From: Macrostomum lignano
Taxonomy: Eukaryota
Length of the DNA: 51,506 bases
Assembly (NCBI GenBank): GCA_002269645.1
Contig: NIVC01000675.1
Location: 1-51,506 of the forward strand
Direction: 5' to 3'
Shown here: positions 11,275 through 23,462 of the stretch, in pieces
How the letters are laid out: every line of letters starts with the position of its first letter
Position numbering within the stretch: the first letter of the stretch is position 1
Notes under the pieces: generated by a model
The model's database searches: none
The model's input: only the letters and a program-made list of their open reading frames with translations
Told to the model about the DNA's origin: nothing
Program-made: the position numbers and the translations under genes

Positions 11275-13845
11275 ATGCTGTCATCAAAAGCGCAATCAAA
11301 TCAAAAGTTACGTCCGCAGCTTCTCAGCCTTATCGTCCGCCGCCTCAGCAGTAGCGGCGGTGGCGTCGGCGGCCGCAGCCTGGAGGCGCCAACCGCGGGC
11401 TGCCGCCTGTCGGAGCAGCCGCTTCCCGACGTTTCGCCGCTGCTGCCTCCAGCGGGCCGGTCGGCGAAGTCGATGCAGCCGCTGGCCATCCTGACGGAGC
11501 CATCGGCGAGCTTCGTGCGGTCGCTGGCCGCCTGCTGGGCCTTTAAGGACGGACCTCCGTGCCTGGCGGTGCCGCTGAGCCCCGCGCACTCGCTGCCGGA
11601 GCTGATGCACGCCGTGCGGGACTCCGGCGCCCGGGCTGTGCTGGCCAACAGAGACTCGAGCGGCGACGTCCTGCGCAAGGCCGGGCAGCTCGCGGACGCC
11701 GCCAGCCTGCCGCTGTGCCGAGTCGGCGACCTGCCGCTGCTGCCGTCGGCCTCTGGAGACGGGCGGCCGCTTCCGGACTGGAAGCCTGAAAGCCTGGGAA
11801 GACTCTGAGCCTGCGTGAGCAGCGATGTTAAACAAACTGATTCTGGGTTTTCGAATCAGCTTTTCGTATGTCAACAGCTTCGTAAAAAATTATACGTTTA
11901 GGCTGCGTAAAACTTCTTTGCATGTGTGCAGAGCATGTCTCAGGCACTTGCAGACAGTTTTTCTTGTTCTATTTTTAGTCCAATCCTGAAAACCCCACCA
12001 GCTAGGGTCTCTCTAATTCTATATTTAGAATTAGCTAGTACAAATTCTGACCAATCTGTGCAAGAAAGATCGCTCTGGTTCGGAGACAGGAATCTCATAG
12101 ATTTTATTTCGGTCTGATTGAAGGACTATTGAACTTTAATTTAGTTAAATAAATCATATTTTCTTATTTCAGTGGAACTTTCGAATGCAGCGAAAAAAGT
12201 GGAAAAATTAGAAGAAAAAGAAGACTATACGTTCATTTCATTATGGCCTTTACCTAATGAGGTTTAATATATGACAGTTCCATGGGAGAATTGTGTTGTA
12301 CCTGTGGTTGTCCTGCTGTACAGCGCAGTGACTTGGGCTTCGTCCTCTCACTTAGAAGCCTTCTTAACTTTAGTAGCGTAGGTAGTGCTGCCACCAGTTC
12401 CTTCAGGTCTCGGCCTTCGGTGAGGTGAGCTTCCCGTCGGAACGAAATAATGAAGTCAACGAACACAGCACGACGTGCAGAGTTGCAGCTCAACGTATAA
12501 GGCGTCTCGTCAGCAGTACCTGCCGGGCTAGGATGGTAGAGGGAGGGCTGAGTTAGCCTCTCGTAGACTTGGGTTGACTTGGTCGGGTTTCAGTCGGAGC
12601 AATAGGAATAGAGTCAATATGCGCAAAGGCTCGGACACTCGGGGATTTGGTCACACGCAGACGTAGAACTCGAGGTTGAACAGAAAGAAGACTCCTTGAC
12701 GGAAACAAGGGGGAGAGAGCTCCTATTTATAGCCGGGAAACACCCACGCAAAAGACCTCGTGACTTGTTCTATTTTTAGAACTGACGTCACTCGAGAGTC
12801 TTGGGCAGGGTACAAGCGTGCGGAAGACCTCGTGACTTGTTCTATTTTTAGAACTGACGTCACTTGAGGTCCCCGGCCAGAGTACACGCGGCTGTGACTC
12901 AGTTGCTATTTTTAGCAACATGAGTCACTCCTCTCCTTAGAGAAGGGAGGGGTCCGAAAGCACGTGACTCACCCGGTAAACAGGGCCAACGAGTGCAGTA
13001 AACATGTTTACTGCACTTTAAGACTCAAAGAACGCAAGAACTGTCATGTGACTTGCTCACAAGACAGGGAAAAAGGGACGGGAGCGAAACAGAGACAGCC
13101 CACGGCCGAGAGGCTGGGGGCTGAGAACAGAGACGCGGAAGGCCAGAACAGGCCACGGGCAGCAGCAGACAAACGAAAGGGAGGGGCGGGAAGCTGACCA
13201 GCGGCAGACAGCAACCCAGGGCGGAGGCGAGGGAACAGCTGACAAGGGCGACGCCTAACCATAAACTAGCGGCTCACTACAATTGCTAGTGACTTTTTGT
13301 TTCCCAATGGTTCGAAAACTAAAATATGCTCTTGATATGCTTTTCGGCTTTGGTACTTTAGTGGTATATCTCTTTAGTGGGATGACGCCCCATGGAAATC
13401 AACTGAAAGAGCAGTCCAGTGTTTGTTGGCATTTACTCTTTAAGTCTAATAGTATTGTTTAACAAATTACAAGTGGCACTTCACAGTAGCCACCACTCCT
13501 ATAAGCCCCGCAGGCTGCCCCAAGTGAGTCGTGGTAACCCATGGCAACGCGGCTCCCTGACGCCGAACTGCCTGCCGCTGCACCACGTGCACGGGCTGGA
13601 GAACTGCCTGCTGGCACCGCTGCAGGCCGGAGGGCAGGGTGCTCATCAACCGCAGCTTCCAGCCTGAGCAGGTGTGGCAGCAGCTGACTGGTGCTGGCGC
13701 CTGGCCCGCGCCTGGCCCGCGCCTGGCCCCGGGTCTCGGTGTTCATGGCGGTGCCCACCATGTACGGCAGGCTGCTGGACCACCTGGAGAAGCGGCCGGA
13801 CTCGCAGCGGGCAGCCGTGAGGCGGGTCTGCGAGACCGGAGTTCG
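11275..13845 (+). pseudogene. ACSF3: ACSF3 (malonate-CoA ligase) pseudogene, exons 1-2
   Basis: Exon 1 starts at ATG 11275 with a mitochondrial-presequence-like MLSSKAQ..RRLSS and has TGA at 11806-11808, before the GTGAGC donor. Exon 2 (~13500-13845) has a destroyed [11 protein letters not shown] loop (AAG TGA), an internal deletion and an 11-bp CGCCTGGCCCG triplication. Paralog of 37979-45169. Confidence 0.85.
12254..13270 (-). mobile_element. LTR/promoter-like insertion in intron 1 of the ACSF3 pseudogene
   Basis: Has a minus-strand TATA (CTATAAATAG, ~12722-12731), a duplicated ~41-bp enhancer-like repeat with TGACGTCA, and AP-1, E-box and forkhead motifs. I see no matching sequence in intron 1 of the inverted paralog. 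Boundaries are approximate. Confidence 0.4.
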
Positions 13846-15723
13846 GTGAGCTGCGTGTGAGATTGATGTGTGAGGCTGAGCTGGAAGAGTTAGTCAAGTG
13901 TCTGAGATGAGTGTCTGAGTGCTTCAGGCATTCTGCATTTCTGATGTCTAGCATCAAAGTTTGAGGTCAAAGTTATTATTCACAGTATTAGTGTTGAATA
14001 GCCATGGAATTTCGGTGGAATTGCCTTCTTTACAAGTCTAAGACTAGCTGGCGTGATAAGTGCGTTGATGGTTCAAGCATTCTCATTTCTGATGTTTTGC
14101 ATAAATAAAATTGCTGTTAGGCTGAGGTGGAGGTGGTGTTAGTCAGGTTAGATGAGCTCGGGTGAGAGGTGCCCGCCGAGGTTTGCCCGCAATGCTTTTT
14201 CCTGCAGCGCATTTAGTCACGCGCGAGACAGTCTCCGCATGCCATCGCTGCTTAGAAGTCTTCATAAAGAGATTTACCCGATCAAAACATTTCGATAGTA
14301 AATTGCATATCAGATGCATACGAGCCCGGATCTCTTTTACTAAGAATTACTAAGCATTAGGTGGCAATTCAGACAAAATCTGCCCCAGATCTGCGGGCCA
14401 ATCTCGGCGGGCAATTCGTCTGAGGGCAATTCTCGTGCTCCCTCAGTTTTTATATTGAAGAGTATGAGGAGTGTGTTTGAAATGTTGAATGGAATGGCCG
14501 TGGAATTTCCGTGGAATTGCCTTCTTTATTCTTTACAAAGTACTACCTTGTTCTGCTAATGTTCTGATTATTAGAGGGGAACAAATGACACGTGTTCTAA
14601 TTTTCAGTGTCGCTAAGCAGCCATGTTAATAATAAAAAAATTCAGAACAAGTTGACCATCCGCAGAATATTTGCAGAAATAAATAAATTACAAAATCCAA
14701 AGTTCGTGTCATCGCAACACAGTTTCTGTTGTTGTTTGAGCGCATTTTCGACTCTACTTATCAGACCAAGTTAAAACGTAAATTTCTGGCACTTTTATGA
14801 GCAAAAATGGGCTATATTCATGGTTTAAAATTAGGTCGCAACGTAGTCATGGAATTGCTGCGGGTATTCTGTTTCGTGACTATAAACTCAAGTACGGCGT
14901 ATAAGGTACCACCTCGTTTAGCTGGTGTGCATTGAAGGCTACTCAGATCATCATGCTATTATTGTAGATTGCACTCATTCTAGGGCCTCGAAAATATAAA
15001 CAAGTATAAAGTTGTCGCAGCACTAAAAAAGGGAAACAGCTCTAAAATTTTGCACTTAAAAGCCACACCAGGCCACAAATGTACTTTTAATTCATAGCTT
15101 TGACCTCTGAGTCTAATTATTCTACATCAGCGCTACGATAAGTTCGTTAAGACATTTCAGGCCAAAAACTTTGCTTATCAACCATAAAATTCAGTAGAGA
15201 TCGAGTGCATTTAAGGATCCCTAGAAAGCTTCTCTCTGTCCGTGTAGGATTGACATCCAGTTTTGAGGGCGTATAAAATGTCTTGGCCACGAGTGCACGA
15301 AGCCAGTGAAAGGAAAGTGAGAACTTAAGCGATAGTTTCTTTGCTCGAACGCCCGACAATCAAAGACTTTCAAGGCTGAACCCCAACATTATCCTACTCA
15401 GTCCTTTCGTTGTCCAATCCTACGTACTCTGCTCCTTTCCGTAAATTGTAATGGAAAGGGTTATGGAAAGCAATGAGTTAATTGTAGTACTCTCGAAAAT
15501 CGGTATTTCCACGGAATTTCCTTGGCTTCGAGGTACTACCTACCTGCATGAAGCTAGAGCATAAGTCTTGTACCGCATATTTGTTAGTGAGTAGATGAGC
15601 ATTCCTGCAACCCTACTAGTCTCAGTGGCCAGTATAGTATTTTCAGGAATGTAAAAAAACATACGAGATTCTCGATACTCGTATGCAGAATTTATATCCA
15701 GATTGTTTTCCTCCCTTGCTTTC

Positions 15724-15785
15724 AGGTTTTGGACAGCCTGCTAAGAAATGCCCAGCTGAAACTGATGGCGCTGTCTCAGACTCCA
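15724..15785 (+). pseudogene. ACSF3: Degenerate copy of the ACSF3 last exon
   Basis: TTCAG|GTTTTGGACAGCCTGCTAAGAAATGCC..CAGCTGAAACTGATGG matches 17608-17697 with an internal deletion. Confidence 0.7.
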
Positions 15786-16284
15786 CACTTTTGTGGAAAA
15801 TCGCTGATTTTGTTGAGTACACTTGGCATATAAAATGCTTGAGGCATGTTAAGAAACTGGCCTAATTATAAAGTATCCTAAGCCCATGGGCTTCTATTCA
15901 TTGTAAATCATTTTGGAAAACTTTCCTAGCATTCGTCTAGCTCATACTCGCCTTATTATATTTTGATTTGCTGATTCTTACTTAACTTTACTTGCGAGTG
16001 ACAGGCGTTATATTCATATTTCCAGAATCAATTAAATAGCACTACCCAATTTCGCATATTTTAGGTGTTGTTTTAGTATAGTTGAGGATTTGCATTCTTT
16101 GTTTACTTATTTGCGTTTTAAGCCTAAAAATATTGAAATTTTGCAAAAAATGCCAGATGAAACTAGTATCATTTTTGCTAACCCATTCTAAGCTAGAAAA
16201 TAAATGATGCAGACGCCGCTTCTTAGACTGATATATTCTTTGCATTTTCTAGATTTATTCGCGTACAGGACGAACTCAACTACA

Positions 16285-16566
16285 ATGTTCATCATCCAGG
16301 CTGATCACCAAGAATCGCTCTGTTTAGCCCTCGATGCCGTGTCCACCACCCTGTCCAGACGCCTGTCCCCGCTCGCTCGCTCCGATTCGGTGATGGACAT
16401 CTACGAGGCGCTGACGGCGGCCGTGTACCTCATGTCCAGCGCCTCCAACCCGTTGAAAGTCAGCCGCGAGTCGCGCCGACTGTCATTCGAGCAGGGCGCC
16501 TGGGTACACATGGGCAGGACGCAGACGGTTGAGGACATGGTCGAGAGTGGCTTCTTTTACCTTCAG
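16285..16566 (+). pseudogene. Orphan first exon of the IAP gene (BIR N-terminal half)
   Basis: 282-nt ATG-to-CAG|GTGAG exon nearly identical to 24659-24940. Homology ends about 55 nt into the intron and no exon 2 follows. Confidence 0.85.
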
Positions 16567-16642
16567 GTGAGCTAAAGGTGATAGTTAAGAAGCAAACGTT
16601 TAGGAGCTAAATAGATTATCCTATCCTAATATTATAGATTAT

Positions 16643-17697
16643 AGAGGCTGGTCGCTTATGATGAAGCTGCCGGAGGTGAGAGTTCCAAGTAGTCTCAGAA
16701 ATTTTTACAGCTTATCCGGTGACTGTTGGGACCAGTGGAATGAAAATAGTGAGACATGTCATCCCCCCACTGTTCCCTTTGTGTGCACTCAAGCTTTTTA
16801 CTTGGCAAGTTGTCTACTGTAATTAGTTTGACGGACAATCCCTTTTAAGAATTTAAAAGTATTGGAATAACGTCTGTTGCGATGTCAAACCTTATAATAT
16901 GCACCTTGCCTCCAGACAGCAGTTCCGAAGTGTCGGGCATCCTGGAGGTCAGCGGTACCCTCGTGTTCAAAGAATACTTTGGCCGGCCGGAGGACACAGC
17001 TAAGGAGTTCACCGAGGACGGCTGGTTTCGCACCGGCGACTCGGCCGCCTGTGACCTCGGCGGCAGCTTCCGCATACTCGGCCGGACCTCGGTGGACATC
17101 ATAAAATCCGGTGGCTACAAAATCAGCGCCCTGGAGGTCGAGGCCGCGTTCTTTGGCCATCCGGCATTGGCCGAATGCGCGGTGGTGGCCGTCCCGGATG
17201 ACACCTGGGGCGAGCGGCTGGTTCTGGTGGTTGTGCCGGCGCCTGGGCAGCCGCAGGCGGATCTGGCCGGCCTGCAGACGTGGGCGGCGCAGCGCTTAGC
17301 CAAGTACAAGTGGCCCAGGGAGCTGCGGGTGAGAGCGTTTTACCCCCCAGGGATTTTTAGTTGGTCGGTTGGTCGGTTGGTTGGTTCTGACTAGCAGCTA
17401 TTAGAGAGGCTATTATTGGAATTTTTGGTGGTTCATATCTTGATAGTCAGGTAAGTTCCTAGATGGATTAGCTAAAAATCGAAGTAATAAATAGACCCGC
17501 AGTCATCCAGAAGGCAAGCACTGACCATTTTTATGCTTACAATTTCATAATTTAGTTATCATCCTGCGCCACTTTTTATCCAGTTTGCATTGCTTCTGCG
17601 CTTCCAGATTTTGGACAGCCTGCCCAGAAATGCCATGGGCAAAGTTAACAAGAAGCAGCTCAAACTGATGGTGCAGTCTGCGACTGACGGCTCTTGA
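16643..17697 (+). pseudogene. ACSF3: ACSF3 3' fragment (exon 3 tail 16643-16675, exon 4 16916-17328, exon 5 17608-17697)
   Basis: [29 protein letters not shown] and [12 protein letters not shown] motifs with intact splice sites. Most of exon 3 is absent. Confidence 0.88.
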
Positions 17698-18266
17698 CTG
17701 ATTTTTATTTGATTTGTCTTTGCCATTATTTGTCTTTCATTAATGAGAAATCCGACTAGCTGAATTTATTGCCTCGGTGATTGTCTATAAGCCGGGGCTG
17801 TTGCCCCCAGGACCCCGGGTCCTGCACGCAATGGCGTGGTGAACTATCTGTGCAGTATGAGACTGGTATGGCCCTTATCCCAACCAGCAATGCTCACACC
17901 TGCCTCCCCTGGCGGGCTGATAGCTAAAGAGACTCTGTCTCCTGATTTTCACCTTGCAAGGCGCACTTCGAAGGGTACTCGTCCCGTGGGTGTTAAGGCA
18001 GGCTCTCGGGCCTTGCCGAGCTAATTCGTTGGCGCCGGGTCCTGGTGTGACCATATAAACGCACCCTCTAATGTCCCAGTGTAACTCCGTGCTGATGGAC
18101 GCTTGGCCAGGGAGTAGTCTGGTCGCTAACGGTTCCCCTTGCGCTTTTGGGTCCCCCCGCAGGGTGGTATTTCGCTTTTTGGGGGCCTGCCGCTTGGTTT
18201 GGGGTTGCGGCCTTGCGGCTCTTTGCCTGTGTTCTGCAGGAAGTCCCACCTTTTTAATTCCAGCCA

Positions 18267-19787
18267 ATGGCTTCTAACCGAAGTACCCAACCGGCTGTGG
18301 ATGACACAGTGCCTCCGGCCTCGGCTGGGGCCGTGGACTCCGCGGCCATACCACCTGCTACCATCGGGGACGCCTCGGCGAGACCCGTGGAGCCAACTCT
18401 GAGCGGTGCCTCCGAGAAGACACCTGCTACTCCAGCTGCCAAGCAGCTGAGCACCACCTCTGGAGCTGCCCGCTGTCGACTTAACAAGGCGAGGCGGGCC
18501 AAGGAGGGCGGAAGCCTAACCGGCGCCAGGGGCCAACGGCCCGCGGCAGCGGAAGCTTCCCAATCTGGGGCGGTGGTGGAAGAGGGCCTCGAGCCCACTG
18601 AAGCCCCTGTCCAGGATGGGGAGGCCGATGCAGCCGGGAGGGTGGACAGCCCACCTGAAAAATGCTCCACCGACCCCCGGGCCTCCTACGCTGATGCGGC
18701 AAAGAGGCAACCGGCGGTTGTCATTCTGGGGAAGGACGCGCGCCTGTCTCCCGATCAGCTGAAGCAGGTGAGAGGTGCCGTTGATGGCCTCCCGTGGAAG
18801 CAAACTCTGAAGGGCACGCCTCTGAACATTCATTCGAATGCGACGAGGGACTCGTGCCTTCTCATTTGGCCCAGTGATGCTGACTCGGGTCGGCGGCTCC
18901 TTGAGCTGCTGCCCGAGCAGAGCTGGGACCTCAACCTAGCCTTCTGCAGAGAGGACGAACGCCCCCGGACCAAGAGGCATCGAATCTGGGTTCCGGCCAG
19001 GAGCGTCGTTACCTCTGCTGACGAGCTCCGGAAAGGACTGCTAGCAGTCAACCGGGAGCTTCCCGCCGCGGGCCTAGTGGTGCATGACACCCTTAAGCGC
19101 ACCGACGGCACTGGCTTCACAGCCATCCTGGGGCTGTCGGACGCCTGGGTGAGGCGCTATCCGCACGGCAGCTTCATCAACGTCGGCCTTTGGAAGCTGC
19201 GCATCCGCTCCTACGAGGCCGACCCTCCCCGTGGTGGTGAGCAGGGCGGGCGGAATGCCGAAGCAGCCGGGGCCGTGGCGCGAGCTTCTGTTCAGGCTGC
19301 CAAAGCAAACCGCCCCGCCCGGCAGCACGGCCGCGCGGGTAAAGCCGAGCGCGCTGCTGAGGGCGGAGGAGACCGACGCCCGGCACGCAGCACCAAGCGA
19401 CGCGGCCTGTACCAGCGCGCAGCTGAGGCAGTCCGTACCGCCAAAATCACCCAGCTGAGGAGAGAGGTCGCCGGGACGCCTAGGCGCACCAGTTCGTCCA
19501 GGGAGGGTGGGGATGTCCCAGCTGGGCCCAACCCCTCGGGGCAGGGCCGACTGGAGACGGACCCGCCTGCCCAGGCGGCTGGCTGCTCCAGGGCATTGGG
19601 CCAGTCTGAAGCGGAGGACCCCATGGCTGGTGGGCGAAGGGCGGCGAACGCTGCCTATTGCCTTCCGACCAACCGGGGGCCTTTTGCTGAAGAAGAGCCC
19701 ATGGACACCGGTGACCCCGACCCGAAGCTGGTGAGCGCCGAGGAGGAGGAGGAACTCCTGGCGACTGCAACACCCGATCTGCACTGA
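18267..19787 (+). CDS. LINE ORF1, 506 aa, gag-like, no CCHC knuckle seen
   Basis: Intact ATG-to-TGA ORF upstream of ORF2, homologous to 4124-5387. Confidence 0.88.
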   Translation: MASNRSTQPAVDDTVPPASAGAVDSAAIPPATIGDASARPVEPTLSGASEKTPATPAAKQLSTTSGAARCRLNKARRAKEGGSLTGARGQRPAAAEASQSGAVVEEGLEPTEAPVQDGEADAAGRVDSPPEKCSTDPRASYADAAKRQPAVVILGKDARLSPDQLKQVRGAVDGLPWKQTLKGTPLNIHSNATRDSCLLIWPSDADSGRRLLELLPEQSWDLNLAFCREDERPRTKRHRIWVPARSVVTSADELRKGLLAVNRELPAAGLVVHDTLKRTDGTGFTAILGLSDAWVRRYPHGSFINVGLWKLRIRSYEADPPRGGEQGGRNAEAAGAVARASVQAAKANRPARQHGRAGKAERAAEGGGDRRPARSTKRRGLYQRAAEAVRTAKITQLRREVAGTPRRTSSSREGGDVPAGPNPSGQGRLETDPPAQAAGCSRALGQSEAEDPMAGGRRAANAAYCLPTNRGPFAEEEPMDTGDPDPKLVSAEEEEELLATATPDLH

Positions 19788-22700
19788 TGCCAGCGGCTAC
19801 CTGGTGTCTGCAGATCAACACCCAGCACTGCGTGGCGGCGTCAGTCAACCTGATGCGCACGACAGAGCAACAGCTTCCTGGATGACTAAAGGTAAGCCAA
19901 ATAATGTGCCATCTGGCTACCACTGTTTTTGCATGGCGGACTCTCAGCCTCGCCCAAGATCTCTGGTCTTTGCTGCAAAAGCTTTTGAAGCATGGATGAG
20001 ACCTGATCTCTCGACTGGGGACATCTGTGTTGTTCAAATCAATAACCTCATTCCAAATAAACCTGCGCTGGTAGCATCTGCCTATTTCCCAGGCGATGCC
20101 CCAGTAGTCTGCGACGCACTAGTCAACCTCATTGACTATGCCGCGTCCCGACGGTTCGAGCTGCTCATTGCAGGGGATGTGAACGCACACCACCTGCATT
20201 GGGGCAGCAAGAACACCAATAACAGAGGCGAGGAGCTGCTGGCCTACGTCAGCAGCACAAACCTCAATTTCTGTAACGTGGGCAATGCACCAACGTTCAA
20301 TAATGGGCGGTGGGCCGAAGTCATCGACACCACCATCGCCTCACCCGGACTGCTTTCCGCAGTCACGGGCTGGCGAGTGTGGGACGAGGACTCGCTCTCG
20401 GACCACCGCTTTATCCGCTTTTGCATTGGGCCGACCAAGCAAAAGCCTAAAGTCACTTGGAGTCGGAACGTCAGGAACACCGATTGGGCCGCCTTTGGCT
20501 CGAAGCTGAGCCGCGGCCTTCGGGATCTTGACCCCCCCAGTGACCTCTCTGACTGCCAGGTGATGGATGATCTCGCCTCCTCCCTGGGCGGGGCGATCAC
20601 CACTGCCTTTGAAGCAGCCTGCCCTCTAAAGGCCTATAAAGGCAAGAAATCTGCTCCCTGGTGGAACCCAGAGCTCGGGGCCCTTCGGCGCCGAGCCAGG
20701 ACCCTCCAAAGGCGAGCACTCAAAACCAAAGACCCATCTGATATAGAGGCCTACACCCGTGCGATCCACGAGTTTAAGGGCCAAGTCAGAAGGGCCAAGA
20801 CGGCCAAGTGGCGCCAATATTGCGAAGGGCTTGAGGGCTCTCACCCCGTAGCCCGCGTGGTTAAGGCACTCACTAATGACCGTTTTTCTAAACTCTCTGT
20901 TGTGAAGAGACCTGATGGCTCGGTCACAGAGAGTTCGGAAGAGACTCTAGAGCTCATGCTCAACAGTTTTTTCCCTAAATCTCCGACTCAGCAGGGCCCG
21001 CCCGACCACACAGTGGGAGGGCAAGGCCTAGCAAAGTCTATGATCACCAAAGACCGCATTATTAGAGCGGCAAGGTCCTTTAACCCGTTCAAGGCGCCTG
21101 GGCCCGACGGCATCTACCCAGCGTTCTTGCACGAGGCGGTAAAAAACCACCGCTTCCTGGACCTGCTCTGTCGTCTCCTTCGAGCTTGTGTGGAGCTGGG
21201 CTATGTACCAGTTGCGTGGAGAGAGGCCCGGGTGGTCTTTATCCCCAAGCCTGGAAAGAGCGACTACCAATCGGTGAAGGCCTTCAGGCCTATCAGCCTC
21301 ACCTCTTTCTGCCTCAAGCTCCTCGAGAGGTTGGTGCTTTGGCGCCTACTTTCGGTCGAGCTGAAGCGCTTCCCACTCTCGCAGAACCAGCACGCCTTCC
21401 GCGCGGGCAGGTCTACCGAGAGTGCTCTCCATGTCATTGTTGACTTCCTGGAGAGGGCCGTTCTTGGCAGCGGCTTTGCCCTCTCGCTTTTCCTGGACAT
21501 TGAGGGGGCCTTCGACAACGTCATCTTCGAGGCCTTTTGCAGAGCCCTGGAATCCAGGGCCACGCACCCTCACCTTGTCCGGTGGATCATGTTCATGATC
21601 CGGAACCGCACTGTTGTGGCCCACCTGAACGGCAGCTCTCTTTCGGTGCCTGTCCTGAAAGGGGGCCCCCAGGGCGGCGTTCTCACCCCCGTTCTCTGGA
21701 ACATGGTCATGGATGAGTTGCTTTGCAGTGATCTCCACGACCCCATTCTCAAGGTGGGCTATGCCGATGATGTGACCGCGATATGCGCGGGCCCCTCGGT
21801 TGATACCATCAGAGACCTTCTGCAGGGCTTTCTGGGACGAGCGGAGCGTTGGGCAAACCAATGTGGCCTTAGACTCTCAGAGTCGAAAACCACAGCAGTC
21901 ATGTTTACCAACAAACTGCTCTGGACCATTAAGCCCCTCACCCTCTATGGAAAGAATATTTCCATGGAGAAGCAGGTCCGCTGCCTGGGCCTCACTCTGG
22001 ACCACAGGCTTAACTGGACTCCGCACATTCAAACTAAAGCCAAAAAAGCCCTGGCTGTACTGGCTCAGATCAGGCGCGCCGTGGGCACCACCTGGGGGCT
22101 CACCCCCAGGAAGCTGTGGTGGATTTACACTGCCATCATCCGCCCCTCGATCAGTTACGCCAGCCTCGTGTGGGCTAGCGGCCTGAGCGTCAAGAGCAAC
22201 CTCGACGCTCTCTACAAAATCCAGGGCAGAGCCTGCCGCATGACTATGGGCGCTCCACCCTCTACTCCTTTTGAAGGCATGAATGCCTTCCTCTGTGCCC
22301 CTCCTTTGGATATATATATCAAAGGAGAGGCGGCGAAGAGCACCCGGCGTCTTCTGGATGCTGGGGTGGCCTTCAAGAAAGTGCGGGCCTTTAAGAAGCG
22401 GTCGCTTATCCCGCACTCTGACCTCTGCCTTAAGGCTCTCGAGGAGTGTGGCGGGCTCAACATCCTCACGGACTCGATCCCAGCCACCCTTCTCCTGAGC
22501 CAAAGGTATAAGGTCACCATTCAGCCTCGACACGAGGCGAGTGACAGCTGGAGCGATTCTGAAGTCCACTGTTACACTGACGGCTCTATGAGGCATGGTC
22601 GTTCAGGCTTCGGAGCTTGCGTCTTCTTTAAGGGAGAAGTGGTGTGGAGCTACTCCCAACACACTGGGCTCAACTCCAGTGTTTTTCAGAGCGAGGTGCT

Positions 22701-23462
22701 TGCCATCAGCTCCTGCGCGGCAGAGCTGCGCCGAAGGCAGCTTGGCGGCCGGAAATTTATTTTTCACTCTGACAGCCAAGCAGCCCTTCGGGCCCTCTGC
22801 CGCAGCACCGCCAGCTCCAGGTCCGTCCTGGACTGCAACACCCAGCTCAACGGGCTTGCGCTAGGCAACCAGTGGAGCTCAGATGGATCCCGGGCCACGC
22901 CGGCTTCCTCGGCAACGAGCGCGCTGACCTGCTGGCCAAGGCTGGCTCCGCCGGCGCGCTGCTGGGGCCGGGCCCGGGAGCCCCCATCCCCGCCTCGGTG
23001 ATCAATTCCCGCGTAAAGCGCTGGGCTGACTCCGAGCATCTCCGCAGGTGGCACGACACCCGGAATTGTAGGCAATACCGTGCTGCCGTCCCCTGCCCCT
23101 CTCCTCTCCTGTGTAGAGCCCTCCTCAGGCTCAACCGCAGAGACCTCAGAGCAGTTAGCATGGCCCTCTCCGGGCATGGCTGCTTCTCTCGCCACCGTTT
23201 CCTTCAGGGCCAAGTACCCGAGGAGCGGTGCCCCTTCTGCCGCTCAGGCAGTGAAAACGCCGAGCATTTTATCTGCCACTGCCCGGTTTTCACCAGGGCC
23301 AGGCTTACTCACCTCGGGCCAAACCCGGTTCTCTCCGACGTTTGCAGGCCCGAGAGCATCCCGCTGCTCGCCCGGTACCTCAGGGACACCGGACGAGCTG
23401 ATTTCTTCCCCACCGTCGGTGAGGAGGACCGCGCTGCAGGCGAGACCGACGGGTCCCCCTGA
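19787..23462 (+). pseudogene. LINE ORF2 (APE-RT-RNaseH-zinc knuckle) with two frameshifts
   Basis: ATG 19787 gives MPAATWCLQINTQHCVAASVNLMR. A frameshifting deletion near 19880 removes the LVQE motif. The long ORF runs to ~22870, where a second frameshift precedes ELRWIPGH. Confidence 0.88.
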
